DNA of 64,000 bases from Phoronis australis (Eukaryota > Animalia > Phoronida), in contig NMRA01000129.1 in assembly GCA_002633005.1 (NCBI GenBank), positions 810,570 to 874,569 on the forward strand. Direction: 5' to 3'. Both the position numbers and the translations under genes were made by a program. This document shows positions 37,609-50,200 of this stretch, piece by piece (within the stretch, counting starts at the first letter, position 1; every line of letters begins with the position of its first letter). The notes below the pieces were generated by a model. That model did not search any database. It was not told the origin of the DNA and saw only the letters and a list, made by a program, of their open reading frames with translations.

Positions 37609-39612
37609 GGTAGTCAGAACGATTCTCGATGTAATTCACAGAAACATTTCCAGTTTACAGTATAGTAGAAAATACAGTGTAATCTGTTATAATACTAGGC
37701 AAAACTGGATTTAGTCTAATAGCGACATCTATTGGAAGTGCTGCTGGTTATTCTTGGCTGACTTAAAAGGTCAATGAAGTTTCCGACCTTGTCACTGAGG
37801 GGTTCAAGCTGTTATTGTGTTAGATGGTACTGGCAGCTGCATTTGTGTATACCTCCATGCATGATTTACTGCACTGTAATCACCAGGGAGAGACTATTGT
37901 AGAGCTTCGATTGTATTTGACAATGACCACTGCTGCCTCCTGGCTGCAATGTAGCCTGGAAATGGAGGTACTCTAGTTTGTAGTGGCTGGCACCTGGGAA
38001 CACATGTGACTTAGGAAAAGAACATTAATGTGTAGGATTCTGTTTAGACAGTTTAAACATTGTGAATTTACCCTCTTGTCAGCCAGAGGGCGACGTCGGT
38101 CAGCCATCCCGTATGATCAATCACTATAATTGCTCTCCTTCGATACTCACATTATACAGCAAATGTTTAGCAATCGTGAGCCAACTTTGAAGTATAGTAG
38201 TGCATTGAATCAACCCAGCTTTCTTAGCATGCATTGACCTTGCCTTACTTTATGTCAATGCTAACATGGTGATAACGTTCACTTGTATCTAGTTACTAGT
38301 GTCATATTGATAGTTACCTGCATGCCGCTCTGTGAAATTTTTGTATGTTTGGTGTGAATGCCACATATCACTATGTAGCTTTTGTACTTGGGTGTTATGG
38401 CATAGTATTTGAAGTTTAACTTGTTTACCAAACACCTCTGTCCTAGTTGGAATTACTTAAAAGATCATCGTTAAAGATAAAGGTACTTAAAATGTTTGCC
38501 AACATACTTTAAAATATTAAAAATGGGATTGTAATCGTCGACTTGCCAAGTAAAGAGGGTTAATAAATATGTGTTGTGCAGATGCTTAAGCTATAAAACG
38601 GCTTCTGTAGAAATAACTTTTGATTTTATATGTTACCATTGTAAATTCGGTCTCAGAACATTCATTACTCTGATTAAAAGTGGTTTTTGGGCTGGGCTTA
38701 GGGCGAAAAGACTGTCTGTTTTTTGGTTGAGACCCGGTTCGGTAAGTTTGTTGGACCCATCAAGTAATTCAGTTTAATCTTCAGCATGACCTCAGGTGTT
38801 GGCAAACTGCCAATTCTCAAAAATCATTTCTAACCTGTGTAAAGAATAAGTTGACTGTGATTTTGTAAAACGAAGCTGTCAAACTAAATCTCAATTTTTT
38901 AGACATATGGTGCCTAGCAGTTTTAAAGCTGGCTAAAAAAATCGAATTTGGCCTTTTACTCTCATATCAATCTCATAATGTTGCTTACTGTGATAGATTT
39001 CTATTTCCATCACCAACAAGAACGTGGAGACCATCAGCAACTCTGCAATGCTTCATAGTTTATTTGGGTTGGCCAACCCTAAAATTGCAAATTCAAAAAT
39101 GATGCATGTACGTTTATCCTGTGACCTGAGTTGGCAATAGAATTGAGATTCTAGACTGTAATGTTATGAGACTGGTTTTATGAGATTTTCTTCTTTAGCC
39201 AGCCACACAAGGTGAAATACAGTTTTAAGCATCAATATTAGTAACGTGGTATTTTATTGATTTCAATGTTAATTCCATTAAAATTGATTCTGACCATTGT
39301 GCCATTGGAGGTATGAGATACACATTGAAATTACCTCACTGATCATGCGATTAAAAACAGTGTTGGCAATAGTGTGCAAAGACTAAATCCACTGAAATCA
39401 AGTTTATTGTTCACTATCAACTTGTACTGTATGAGCCTACAAGCACTCTGTACTGCAGGTGGCGCTACTGAAGGTGTCATCACCAAACATGTCAACAGCA
39501 CCATTTATAAGTCAGTGCTTCAGCAAGTAAAATGTGATGTATTTGTATCTGGAAGTTAAGATGTTTTGGCCATCTTAAAGAAATTGTCAGTAATGAATAG
39601 TTAGATATTAAT

Positions 39613-39738
39613 AATAAAATGTTGCATGTATATTGCTTGATGACTAGGCTGTTTTAAAATGTATCATGAATGGAGTCGTGACCAACTAGTTGTTCAGACT
39701 GATGCTGTGTACAATACAAGTGTTTAACAGTAAATAAA
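39613..39738 (+). terminator. candidate Akt polyadenylation signals
   Basis: AATAAA at 39613-39618 and 39733-39738 followed by T-rich sequence, ~2 kb after the stop; unverified. Confidence 0.3.
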
Positions 39739-40666
39739 TGATTTTTATTACACTCTACTGTTCTTATTTTTAAGGGATTCTTGCTGCATTCTTCATCAGC
39801 TACTCCAAGTTTTGTGACCTCCAGTCTGGACAAGCTTCATTGATTATAGGGTTATCCTACTTAATTCAATTAGATAGGTTTCAACAACCTAACTTATAAA
39901 CCCAATGCAGTCTTCTCCACGTCAGGAATTACAAAATTTGTGGAAGTGTGTGGTATACTATGGGGAGTTAGTTGCGTTGCTCTGGTGCTAAAGTCCAAAA
40001 TATCCTATTTTATTGAAGAAACATTTTCTCCCAAAAGTTAAAAACATAAGTTTTCAAACTTGGCGCAAGCTGAATATTTCAAGAAATCCAAACTGGTCGC
40101 CGCGACGCGTCAAAGCAGGTTCTGGAGAACAATGCATGTATGGAACAATACGACTTAATAAAAAACTTGGGACTCATCTGCAGCATAATGGGATTGGACT
40201 GGGATCTTTCTGGCATTAGTTGTTAAAAATATGCTGGCAACAAGCATATCTGCAGAGAGGATTTATTGTCTAAAGTTAAACTTTGACTGCCGATGGAAAG
40301 GATAGACCTAAAAATGTAAGTAAGGTTGTCATGGGAAATTGGACCATTTTGCAGTTCTAGATCGCATTACTGAATGTGAGTGTTGTCACATGCAAATGGC
40401 AAAAAACATAATATTCAGTCTGCTTTTACAGTAGTAAAGTTTTATGCCCATACAAAAAACTAAAATTAAATGAAATGAAACCAATAAAATCATCTGACAA
40501 TGTATTCTCATTCAACACAGCTATGTCGGCATTGCTACCTGTAACGATGCACACTTTAAAAGATAATTATCACTGCAACATTTAATGACTTCCAAAAAAA
40601 TGCAACTTTTCCAACCCAGCCTTCCATTTCTTGTCCATCCTTCGCATTTGTGGCTACGTTTCTTAA

Positions 40667-40867
40667 CATCAGGTCTGTCCCTCGCATCAGAAGGTCTGTC
40701 CCTCGCATCAGAAGGTTTGTCCCTCGCATCAGGTCAGTCCCTCGCATCAGAAGGTCTGTCCCTTGCATCAGGTCAGTCCCTCGCATCAGGTTTGTCCCTC
40801 GCATCAGGTCAGTCCCTCGCATCAGAAGGTCTGTCCCTCGCATCAGAAGGTCTGTCCCTCGCATCAG
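40667..40867. repeat. 18/21-bp minisatellite, ~10 copies
   Basis: Unit gcatc(aga)aggtctgtccctc. Confidence 0.95.
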
Positions 40868-42444
40868 CAGTCCGAGTTTCTCACAGGATGATCAAGTCAG
40901 ACAGATGAATTAAAAATTAACTGTTCTAAAAACGAAACAAACGTGCCTACAGCAATATGCTGGAAGGAGAAGGCTCGCTAAAACCACATTCAGCAATAAT
41001 TTAATCATAATCACCAAATTCAAACTTGGATGGATCAAGACGCCAAACTGTATTTACAGAAGCAGTTGATAAACTCTATCCACTGTACATTTGACTGCTA
41101 CATTAAAATAGTCACTTATCAATTGAATAAACAATATACACGTCACTCCCATCAGCAGTAAATTTTTATTTTTCAATTTATTCTTTCAACAGTCCCAAGG
41201 TCTCTGCCATATGCCTCACACCATTTAACCAAATCAGTTGTTTACATAATGTCTCTGTGTACACAAAATTGTCTGTGAAACAACAACTTAGCAAAACTGC
41301 CAACCGACCAAAAGCATTTGCTTTATAAGAATAAATAATGAATGCAAAAATATTTAATGCAAAGTAATCTTCCAGATTGCAAGGGATGTCTGATTAAGTT
41401 TCTTAATAAGTTTTTTTAACATTAAGGAACCAAAACCTAGATGATAGATCTGCCTCACATCAAACATTTCCATTACACCACAACATCAAAACAATGATTT
41501 TGTTTAAATCAGCCTCAAGCAATTTCGCTGAAGAAGTTAATACTCAAGACATAGTCAGTAGACCAAACAGAGGTGCTACACTCTGAAAATGTGTTGTCAT
41601 GAAGTTCACAAATTATAATAAATCCAAGTACTCTCCAAGTCCATCTCACCTTGAAAAAGAACCGAGCATCGATACATATCGACTACTCAACAGAAAGTGG
41701 AATATGGCTTGCTTACATTTCTAATCCGTTACACAAGTAGCTGCAGCCCGGAAGTTTCAACCTCAGACCTTCAAGACAACAATTTTCATTTTTCTCAATG
41801 AAACACTGTAACAATAAAATCACTGCTGTAACTATATTATAAAATGCAATTACAATTATATTACCAATGAAATTTTCTACTGCACATACATATTTGGAAA
41901 TAATATCTTTCTGAAAGAGTCTTTTAAGACAAGATTCCATATTTCACCTCCACCAATCCTTTTATGAATATTTTGATGTTCCACACCACAATTATTAACA
42001 TCTCAAACACTGTTTTAAGTCTTTTATTTTGGTAGACTAAAGATGGAAAAACAAGCATAGACAACAACTGCTCCAGAAAAGAACACACAGAAAAACATGT
42101 CAGGGTTAACATGTCAAGCTTTTTATTAGGACACATGAATTGGAACTGAAATTATGCCTCTGCAAGGTACATCGAGTTAATGAATGTCTTTTCAGCCCAA
42201 GTGAGATTCCCTGCTAACCATAAAATGAGCAATCAGGTATTAGTAATGAGCAAGTAAATCAGTTCAAGTATCAACATAATACATCACGCACAAGCACTGC
42301 ATTACTATACCGAGAGTATACTTAACATTGCTCAAAGTACCATAAAATGAATAAATAATTCCATCGTAATATCAAATATGCCTGGCTCTGAGACACTTAT
42401 TTGCACTGAGAAACTCACAGATCAGGAGGTCAATGTCAATTTAA

Positions 42445-43293
42445 GGTTATGTAGGACGTTATAACCAAGTCTGTGTAATTACGCAAATATCTAGAAGAGT
42501 ATAAAAATTGGCTCCGCAAAGTATATTTCTCTGAAAGTAGAAACCCTACAGACTTTGATTTGTAATTTTTAAGTTTACACCAATATGTTTTTAATTGGGT
42601 TACGTGACTATGTCTTTTTATCAAAATTTACTAAAAATAGAAACTTCAGGTACATTCGAAGCAAGACAAGAGTAGTACAAGCAAGTCTCATTTGATATCA
42701 GTATTCAGATGAAATCTCACGCATCTTTTGATTTTTTTTTTCATAAAAACAATAAGTGCAAAAACCATAGTATCTAAAAGCTTTGTGTGTAACAAACTCT
42801 GAGATAGGTTCCAAAGTTAACCAAATTTGGGCATTTTTCAAGGGAATTACATAGCATACTATGCTTTAGGTACTATTTTCTAAAGCGTTGTTAGGAACTG
42901 CTTTTAAATTGTTCCGCTTTTGCAAGAGGGGCCATCAAAATAAGACTTTTACGATTTTTAAGAAACAAAACTAAAGTTGCATAAAATCGAAATGAAATTA
43001 TAAGCCAGAAACTGTAACAGCATTTTTGAGATTTCACCTTCAACATTTATATCAAACAGAATTTGGTCGTAGTATTGATACCGTTGATTTACTATGATTA
43101 CACCTTTGTTAGTTTCTTTTAAGATACTTTTTCCAGAAAGTCACGTAACCCAATTAATGGCTGATAAGTATTGAGTAACAAATGAAATTCTACAGGCTTT
43201 CTTTTTTCAGAATTTTTTATACTGAGGTAAAATCTATAGTTTAGTAGATATTCGGGTCACTACACAGACGTGTGGATAAGATCCTGCATAGTC
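42445..43293. mobile_element. TTAA-flanked MITE (Kolobok/piggyBac-type target) with diverged TIRs
   Basis: TTAA at 42441-42444 and 43294-43297; GGTTATGTAGGA...TCCTGCATAGTC; internal ttgggttacgtgact vs agtcacgtaacccaa; related terminus at ~9706-9755. Confidence 0.65.
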
Positions 43294-44075
43294 TTAAAGG
43301 AGAAAAGGTTAAAAACCCACAATGGGCATTCAGTTGATCGTCAGCATCAACTCAGACTGTTGGTAAGTGTACATGTATGATCTCAAAAGAAATTTACTAT
43401 CAAAGAGCTCAGCAGCCAACATCTGAAATAGCTTATTTGCTCTCAATGCATAATCTGCTACAAATAATTCTAAAACAGAGATGTCAGAGTAATTGTATAT
43501 TACATCAAATAACTTATAATCACAAGTTCAAAACAGCACATAATAGCGCAGTAAAGATAATTGCAAATGCTTGCTGGGCCCCTGAAGATGGATTGATTGA
43601 TGGACAATATCATAGACTAAGCATCAACATCACTTTTTCATATCTAACATTGCTGGAACCAATGTTTCCCTGTAACCTGTTTCCCCAAAAAATTGTTCTT
43701 GTTGAGGTATAATAAATTGTTTTGTCTAAATTATTGCCCTCAATAAATAGTAAATAGATCCAATCTTTAGACCACAAGTGTCGTCCAACAGACATATTGC
43801 CAGCTGGCAACAGAATACTTTTCTTCAAATTGTATGCAAAGCTCACAATTCGCAACTGAACTGGTCTACAACAGGGAGCTTAAAATTCCCTAGGTGGCAC
43901 TAGTGAGACAATGATCAAAGCTGTTTAAATGCATGTATTCAAGTCACATCGGACCCTAAGGTTCAAGCGTCCCAATGTTCTCAAACTATTCTGAACAAAA
44001 AGAGAATCCATTCTCCACGAGTGGCACCTAGTGAATGCTGAGGCTCCTATTCCCAAGTAGAGGAGCAACCTGATG

Positions 44076-44270
44076 TCAATCACTTTCCTTCACATCATAT
44101 GACTGATTGAACCTGCGCTCTGCCCACACCCCAGACAGGACTGGAGAACGCTTGCTAGAGCCATCAAGTGGAACCACCACTGTGTCTTTATTTGGATGGA
44201 CAAAGAAGGCAATGGACTGACGCGCTCGCACCATCAACTTCTCCTCCTTGGGGACTACCACTCTGTGCTT
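44076..44270 (-). CDS. 2OG dioxygenase exon 8 (KHRVVVP...RQSIAFFVHP...stop)
   Basis: tttcag acceptor; distal His and RxS 2OG-binding motif. Confidence 0.95.
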   Translation of the reverse strand, partial: KHRVVVPKEEKLMVRARQSIAFFVHPNKDTVVVPLDGSSKRSPVLSGVWAERRFNQSYDVKESD

Positions 44271-47200
44271 CTGAAATGCAAGCAGCAAACAGAAAGTGAG
44301 CGAGTTGATGAATCAATCACTAACGAAAAAATGGCATTAAATGTTTCTGTTCCTCATCATAACATAAGAATGGAGGGTCAAGGTTTTGTTTAGAGCAATA
44401 CAAGAATACTTGAGATGATACAAGTGCACATCAGCTGGTATGCCATTTCATCAATGTCCCAACCACTTTCATCACCACCTGATATACACCTACACCATCA
44501 TGGGATAAATGAATTTGAGGAATTTCATCTACTGCAAAATGTTCAGCGACACTACTGTCATTTTTCAAATGCACTGTGGAACCGTTGTCATCTTGTAAAC
44601 ATCCAGCGACATCACTTGCTGATGTAAAAATTGTCTAACAAAAGACAACAGTAGTTACACGAATGCACGAAAATTGAAAGTATGTATTCACTACAACTAG
44701 CTTTTTGTGCAAGTAGGACTAACCAACTGTCATTTAAAAATAAAGTGAAAATAAGCTACACAATATATCAAATATAATGCAGACAAGCAAATCTTTTGCA
44801 CAAAATAATTTTCTATGTGCAATCATCAAACCCTAATATGCAAAAAACCATGGTTACATGTCACCACATTACATGAGATATTACTGAGTGTTTACATGTC
44901 ACCACATTACATGAGATATTACTGAGTGTTTACATGTCACCACATTACATGAGATATTACTGAGTGTTTACATGTCACCACATTACATGAGATATTACTG
45001 AGTGTTTACATGTCACCACATTTTATGAGATAGCACTGAGTATTTACGAGCAGACAACAACCCTCTCACCACGCGTTTAAAAAACTTCAGCAGCTCTGCT
45101 GCTTGAGGAAGATTTGCAGTACATAAAATCCCCAAAGGCAGCCTCCATTAATCAATGACTTGAAACTTCAATGAACAAATGGATGCAACAAAGAAAAATG
45201 TAGTTGTTGTGACAAAACACCTAATGTACAAATGAATAACTAAAAAGAATTTCAACAGTGTAACATACTATTGTCAAGACATTGCAGCTCCTCAAAATGC
45301 AATTTCTGCATCATAACCCCCAAACTACAACACTCGGCGTCCCTCAATCTCGTAACGGCTAAAGCAGTTACATACGGACAGCAAAGCTTGTCACAGTCCC
45401 AGGCTGAAACCCTGATGTAGCTACAGATTGACACGGAGTTGGTAAAGTGGAACTTGCACGCTTATTCCTCATCTCTGTGATTGTTTAGTCAAATTAGTTA
45501 GAAACACACCATATAGCGACGATGAGAATATCAAGTAGGTTGAAAATTGCCAAATGTTTTTAAGAACGAGTTTTGTGTCGAAAATGATCCACCGTAAATC
45601 ACTCAACGGTGTCCAGTAAGTATCGTGACGTGGTGTTGGGGAATAAAACTGCATGATGTGGGGTATGTGAGCCCCCAAGGTGTCATTAGTGCAAAGGTCA
45701 CCTATTTGCAGAATTTTTTGTTTCCACATTTACAAGTTGTAAATGAATACATTTGCAGTTTGCTTAGTGTAGATGATGTTCAAATAGCATTGTCATTTAG
45801 TTCCAGATGTACATTAGCATAGTTAGGAGCATGCAAATACAGCTTTATGGGTAACACCCAATAGACTACAAGAACACACTTGTACATTCAGAACTTACTG
45901 TTGCTACAAGCTGATTGGCTGTCCACCTTTCCATCAGATCTCCAATGTTGACCAATACGCAACCAGGAATGGGCTTGGCTGATATATACTCCTCAGTCTT
46001 TTTACAAAACACCTAAAACATACCATGTGTATGCTTTCACTAACAGATTTGATGATGTTAAGATTAGAATCTAAGGACACAACCAAAAACACCATCAGTA
46101 TGTCGGACATTTTCCTTCAATAAGTATGGTTGCCCTTCCCTTTTGAAAGTGTTTTTGGTCCATTTGACTTGTTTTACTTACTTTGAGATGTATTTTGATT
46201 CTTCTTGTGAGAACGATAACAACAATTCTTCAAACTGAAAGTGTAACGCTGTACACAAGTTGGAAAATCCCAACACTATGTCTGGCATCATTGCTAATGG
46301 GGGTGGGACTGAAATGGCCATTAAGCAGTTATATGAACTGAAAAGTGAGGAAACACAGCTAACACAGAACAGTTGACAGTTTCCAAACACCACTTTCGGT
46401 TTGATGAACTGTCATTTTTAAAGTAAGAGTTCAAAATACCAATATAGTAACTATGTAAAACATGTCAAATTGATTAAACAGATAACATTCCCAAATGAAA
46501 CAAATATACGACCATGTCACTTTTTACATGAGTCTTTTCTGCCACTGAACCATGGCCACAACGATGAATACTGATTGGTTAAAACCGCTCCAAGAAAATA
46601 GTGAATAAATAATAAAACCAAAGATCACGGGTTTGTACAGTTCAAAATGGCAAACATGGTCTTTTAGTGAAAGTAATGCGTTCTTGTGTGGAAATTAAAA
46701 AGTGCAACACTTCATGAACTTATACTTGAATATAAACCCATGGCTTTATATGTAGGATTTTACGATATATTTTCAAAACTATCCCAACTGCACCAACATT
46801 ATTCCAACACTATGTCAATCCACTCCAAGTCTGAATCCAGTTTATAACACACAAGATACGTAATGTCTCACTTTGCAAAGATTAGGTTGCAAAGCTTGCT
46901 TCTTGTCTACATTGTTAGTAATGAAGGAAAAGTTAATCTTGCTTTATCTCAGTCCATAAACATTTCACGACTTCAGTCTTGGAAGATTATATCTGCATAA
47001 ACCACTCTTGTCTAACATATTTCTACTGCTATCTCCACTCCTGTCTAACATATTTCTACTGTTATCTCCGCTCAAACATAAATAACGTAAGTTTAAACAC
47101 CTATAAACCCGGGTTTCTTACAAGACGCCAACTTTTGACCACTTATAGTTATCAAAATTGGCCTCAAATTGTTCCGACGACAAGTAATTTCTGGGTTTGA

Positions 47201-50200
47201 AAAGAACTGGTGATTGCTAAGCGCATAAAATGATAAACCATGAAAAAACAACTCAATTCAGGCAATAATGAACAGTCAGTTATTTTGTAGCCGTGAAATC
47301 ACCTCCAATTTTACTAAGAAGCTATTTGAAACCAACTTTACAGTAGTGAGTGGTCTAAATCAAAAGTCAGTTTTTGCGACAACAGGTGGAGTTATAGTGG
47401 CTTTATACTGAATGACATCAGACATGCCAAAGACATGGCAATAAATCTCACAATTACCATACACTTGTCACTATAATAAATACAGTACAATACAATACAA
47501 TACAATACACATTCTGTACTAACCAAGAGGTGCTTTTAGAATTAAGTGAAACATTGTCTTTGAATGATGAGTTTCTAAGTGATTGTAGCAATTTTAAGAG
47601 TTGTTGGTGATAAAAGTGCTCTAGTCTGTACCTCAAGGCCACCAATGTCGTCTTGGAACAAAATTGTGAGTGAGCCGTAGTCAGTGTGCTCCGCGCATCG
47701 TTGTTGACCAGGCTGAACTTCTGAAACAAGGAGACACTAAATATTAAATAGAGGATCAAATAGAAAATAACACATGCAGTTTTGACCACAGACTCTACTT
47801 TCATTATGATAATATGAATCTACATATTACTAGCAACCCAAGATTTGATTTGATTAGTACATCATGTCATAAATTGTAGTCGGGCTACTTCCTGATCTTG
47901 TTTTATGATAGAAATATTATGCATATCATGTTAATGGCATAGACAAATTTTTCTAAACATCTATTTCTGTTAAGAATTTTACAAAATTAATTTCTTAATT
48001 TCTACTTATGTCCTCACGAAGAAAATGGCAAAATAAGCTGATTAATTCAAACAAGCGGGATACAAGATAGTCAAGAAAACAACAATGGTTTTAAGACTTG
48101 ACATGTTTCGGTATCATTTATTCAACACCATCCTCAGGAGTGACAATACAGTGGCCACCTAGCTAGGCCCAGCAACAAGTAATGAAGCACAGATACAGTC
48201 AGTTACAGGGAGTGACAATGATCTAGACCAACCATGACAACCTGTGGTGTGTCAGTTGCCTATTGAGATTGGGCTTGCACCAACTGATGTGTAAAGCCTC
48301 ACGAATTTTAAGCTCCTTTGTTGTTACTGCCTGGTCTATTATTGCATAGTCACTGAAAGAGCACTGCTGATAACAATGATTGGAGCTCTGTAGGTGAATA
48401 TTTACATGTGAATTTCAGACAGAAATTGTCACTCCCTGTAACGGACTGTATCTGTGCTTCATTACTTGTTGCTGGGCCTAGCTAGGTGGCCAATGTATTA
48501 TCACTTCTGAGGATGGTGTTGAATAAATGACATCGAAACATGTCAAGTCTTAAAACCGTTGTTGTTTTCTTGAATATATGTTGCATGGAGATACAAAATA
48601 GCAATTGACATATCACAAGGAATTTATAGGAAATTGCCCAATTTTGGAAGGATTGGCCAGCTAAACTGGTGGCTTTACAATAATTTCTCATTTGCCGACG
48701 GTCTGTTCGGGGATGGCAATAATTTTCTATCATGACATGGAAAGGTTAAGACAAATCTTGTGTCGAAAAGAACTTGGGCCTTGTTACATCAACGTTGTCT
48801 TAGCTCAGACTGCTGTAATGTCCACTTTAATGAACACACAATTCATTAACAGAACTTATGCAGGTAGTCAAGTCTGATTATGAAAAATTATCAAACTTTA
48901 AGTTAGGTGAAACCATTTTCATCTTCGAAAAAAATCGCCGTCGTGTTAGCAACGATGCGCCTATGATCACCTTGGCTATGACTGGACTTAATACAGATGA
49001 CAAGTCCCTAATTCATAATTTGTTCTTAAGGTAGAGCATACAAAGAAACTCTTTTTAACTGAAGAGTGTTTAATGTGCACCATAACAATTACAGCGAAGA
49101 CTTACCAGATAAAATAGGAGGGTAATAAATGCTGCGAAGGTCCGTATAGTTGCCACCATAGCTCATGTTTTTATGACATTTAGAGAAAAATCCTTTGTCC
49201 TGCAAGTACAAAACAAATATTTTGGGGACTTATTAGAATGCCTTTCAATTGACAGAACCCTTGAAATAACACTAAGTCAACTGGTTTGTCTCGGAGGAGC
49301 TGAGGTGACACAGATGATGATAGGCTTGTGGAATATGTATTCAAGCCAAATAAATGACTAATGGTTTACACCCTCTTCATTCAGATGAACGATGACTCCC
49401 TTAAGATGCAGACTCATATTAACATAATATAGAATGATCAGACATTCTCAGCATTTTGTAGCCACTTCACTTGCTATTTTATAAGAAACCTTCAAACATT
49501 GAAATCAAATTCATGTAATGTAATATTAAGGCATAGTAAATGACACAAAACAGCCACTTAGCAACCATGATTCATTCTCCAGTCCATTCCAAGTGAATGC
49601 AATGGCTACAAAATGCCACGGAGCACCATATGACTATACACACATTCCACTGTGGGCCATGCGACAATCAATGTTTCTGACCTACCTCTAAGTTCAGCCC
49701 AATAGCGATCACATCTAAAATCCTCAAAGCTAGTTGGTGACATCTGTTATAAAAGTTCATGGAGATTTCCTTGTAGTTGGGTATGGCTTGGTGATCTGGC
49801 CATATCTGTAAGACATCAGGAAGCCTCAAGTATTTGCAGATATGTACACAACACATAAAACAATAGAGCCACTAGGAGGTGCAGCATAGGTCAACTCTGA
49901 AATAAGCACGTGCTGTCATCCCAGAATCTTATTAGCCAAATTTCAAAAAACATCAAGGAGTTTGATAGATATAGAGTCATATGCATACATAACTTAAATT
50001 GTCACTAGGGGGTGCCACAGTAGTTGAATTAGTTCCAACAGTCAACAACAGGTGTACTCAACTCAATTACATTCAATTTGATAAACATCAAGAACTTTGT
50101 AGATATTGGAATTCATGCACAAAAAAACATATTTGTCACTACGGTGTGCAACAACAGTTGAACTCGTCCGAAAATCTTTGTAAGCTAAGATAAGAACAAA

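Larger units (their letters stand above)
48071..48573 (-). mobile_element. Penelope-like 3' fragment with inverted pseudo-LTR (foldback)
   Basis: 48071-~48412 is the reverse complement of the 53595-53628 + 54047-54345 element end; 48425-48573 is an inverted copy of 48071-48219. Confidence 0.88.

Noticed and set aside
40556-40913. Three overlapping repetitive ORFs (MRGTDLL..., SLASEGL...)
   Set aside because: By-product of an 18/21-bp minisatellite whose units are multiples of three; no splice or homology support.
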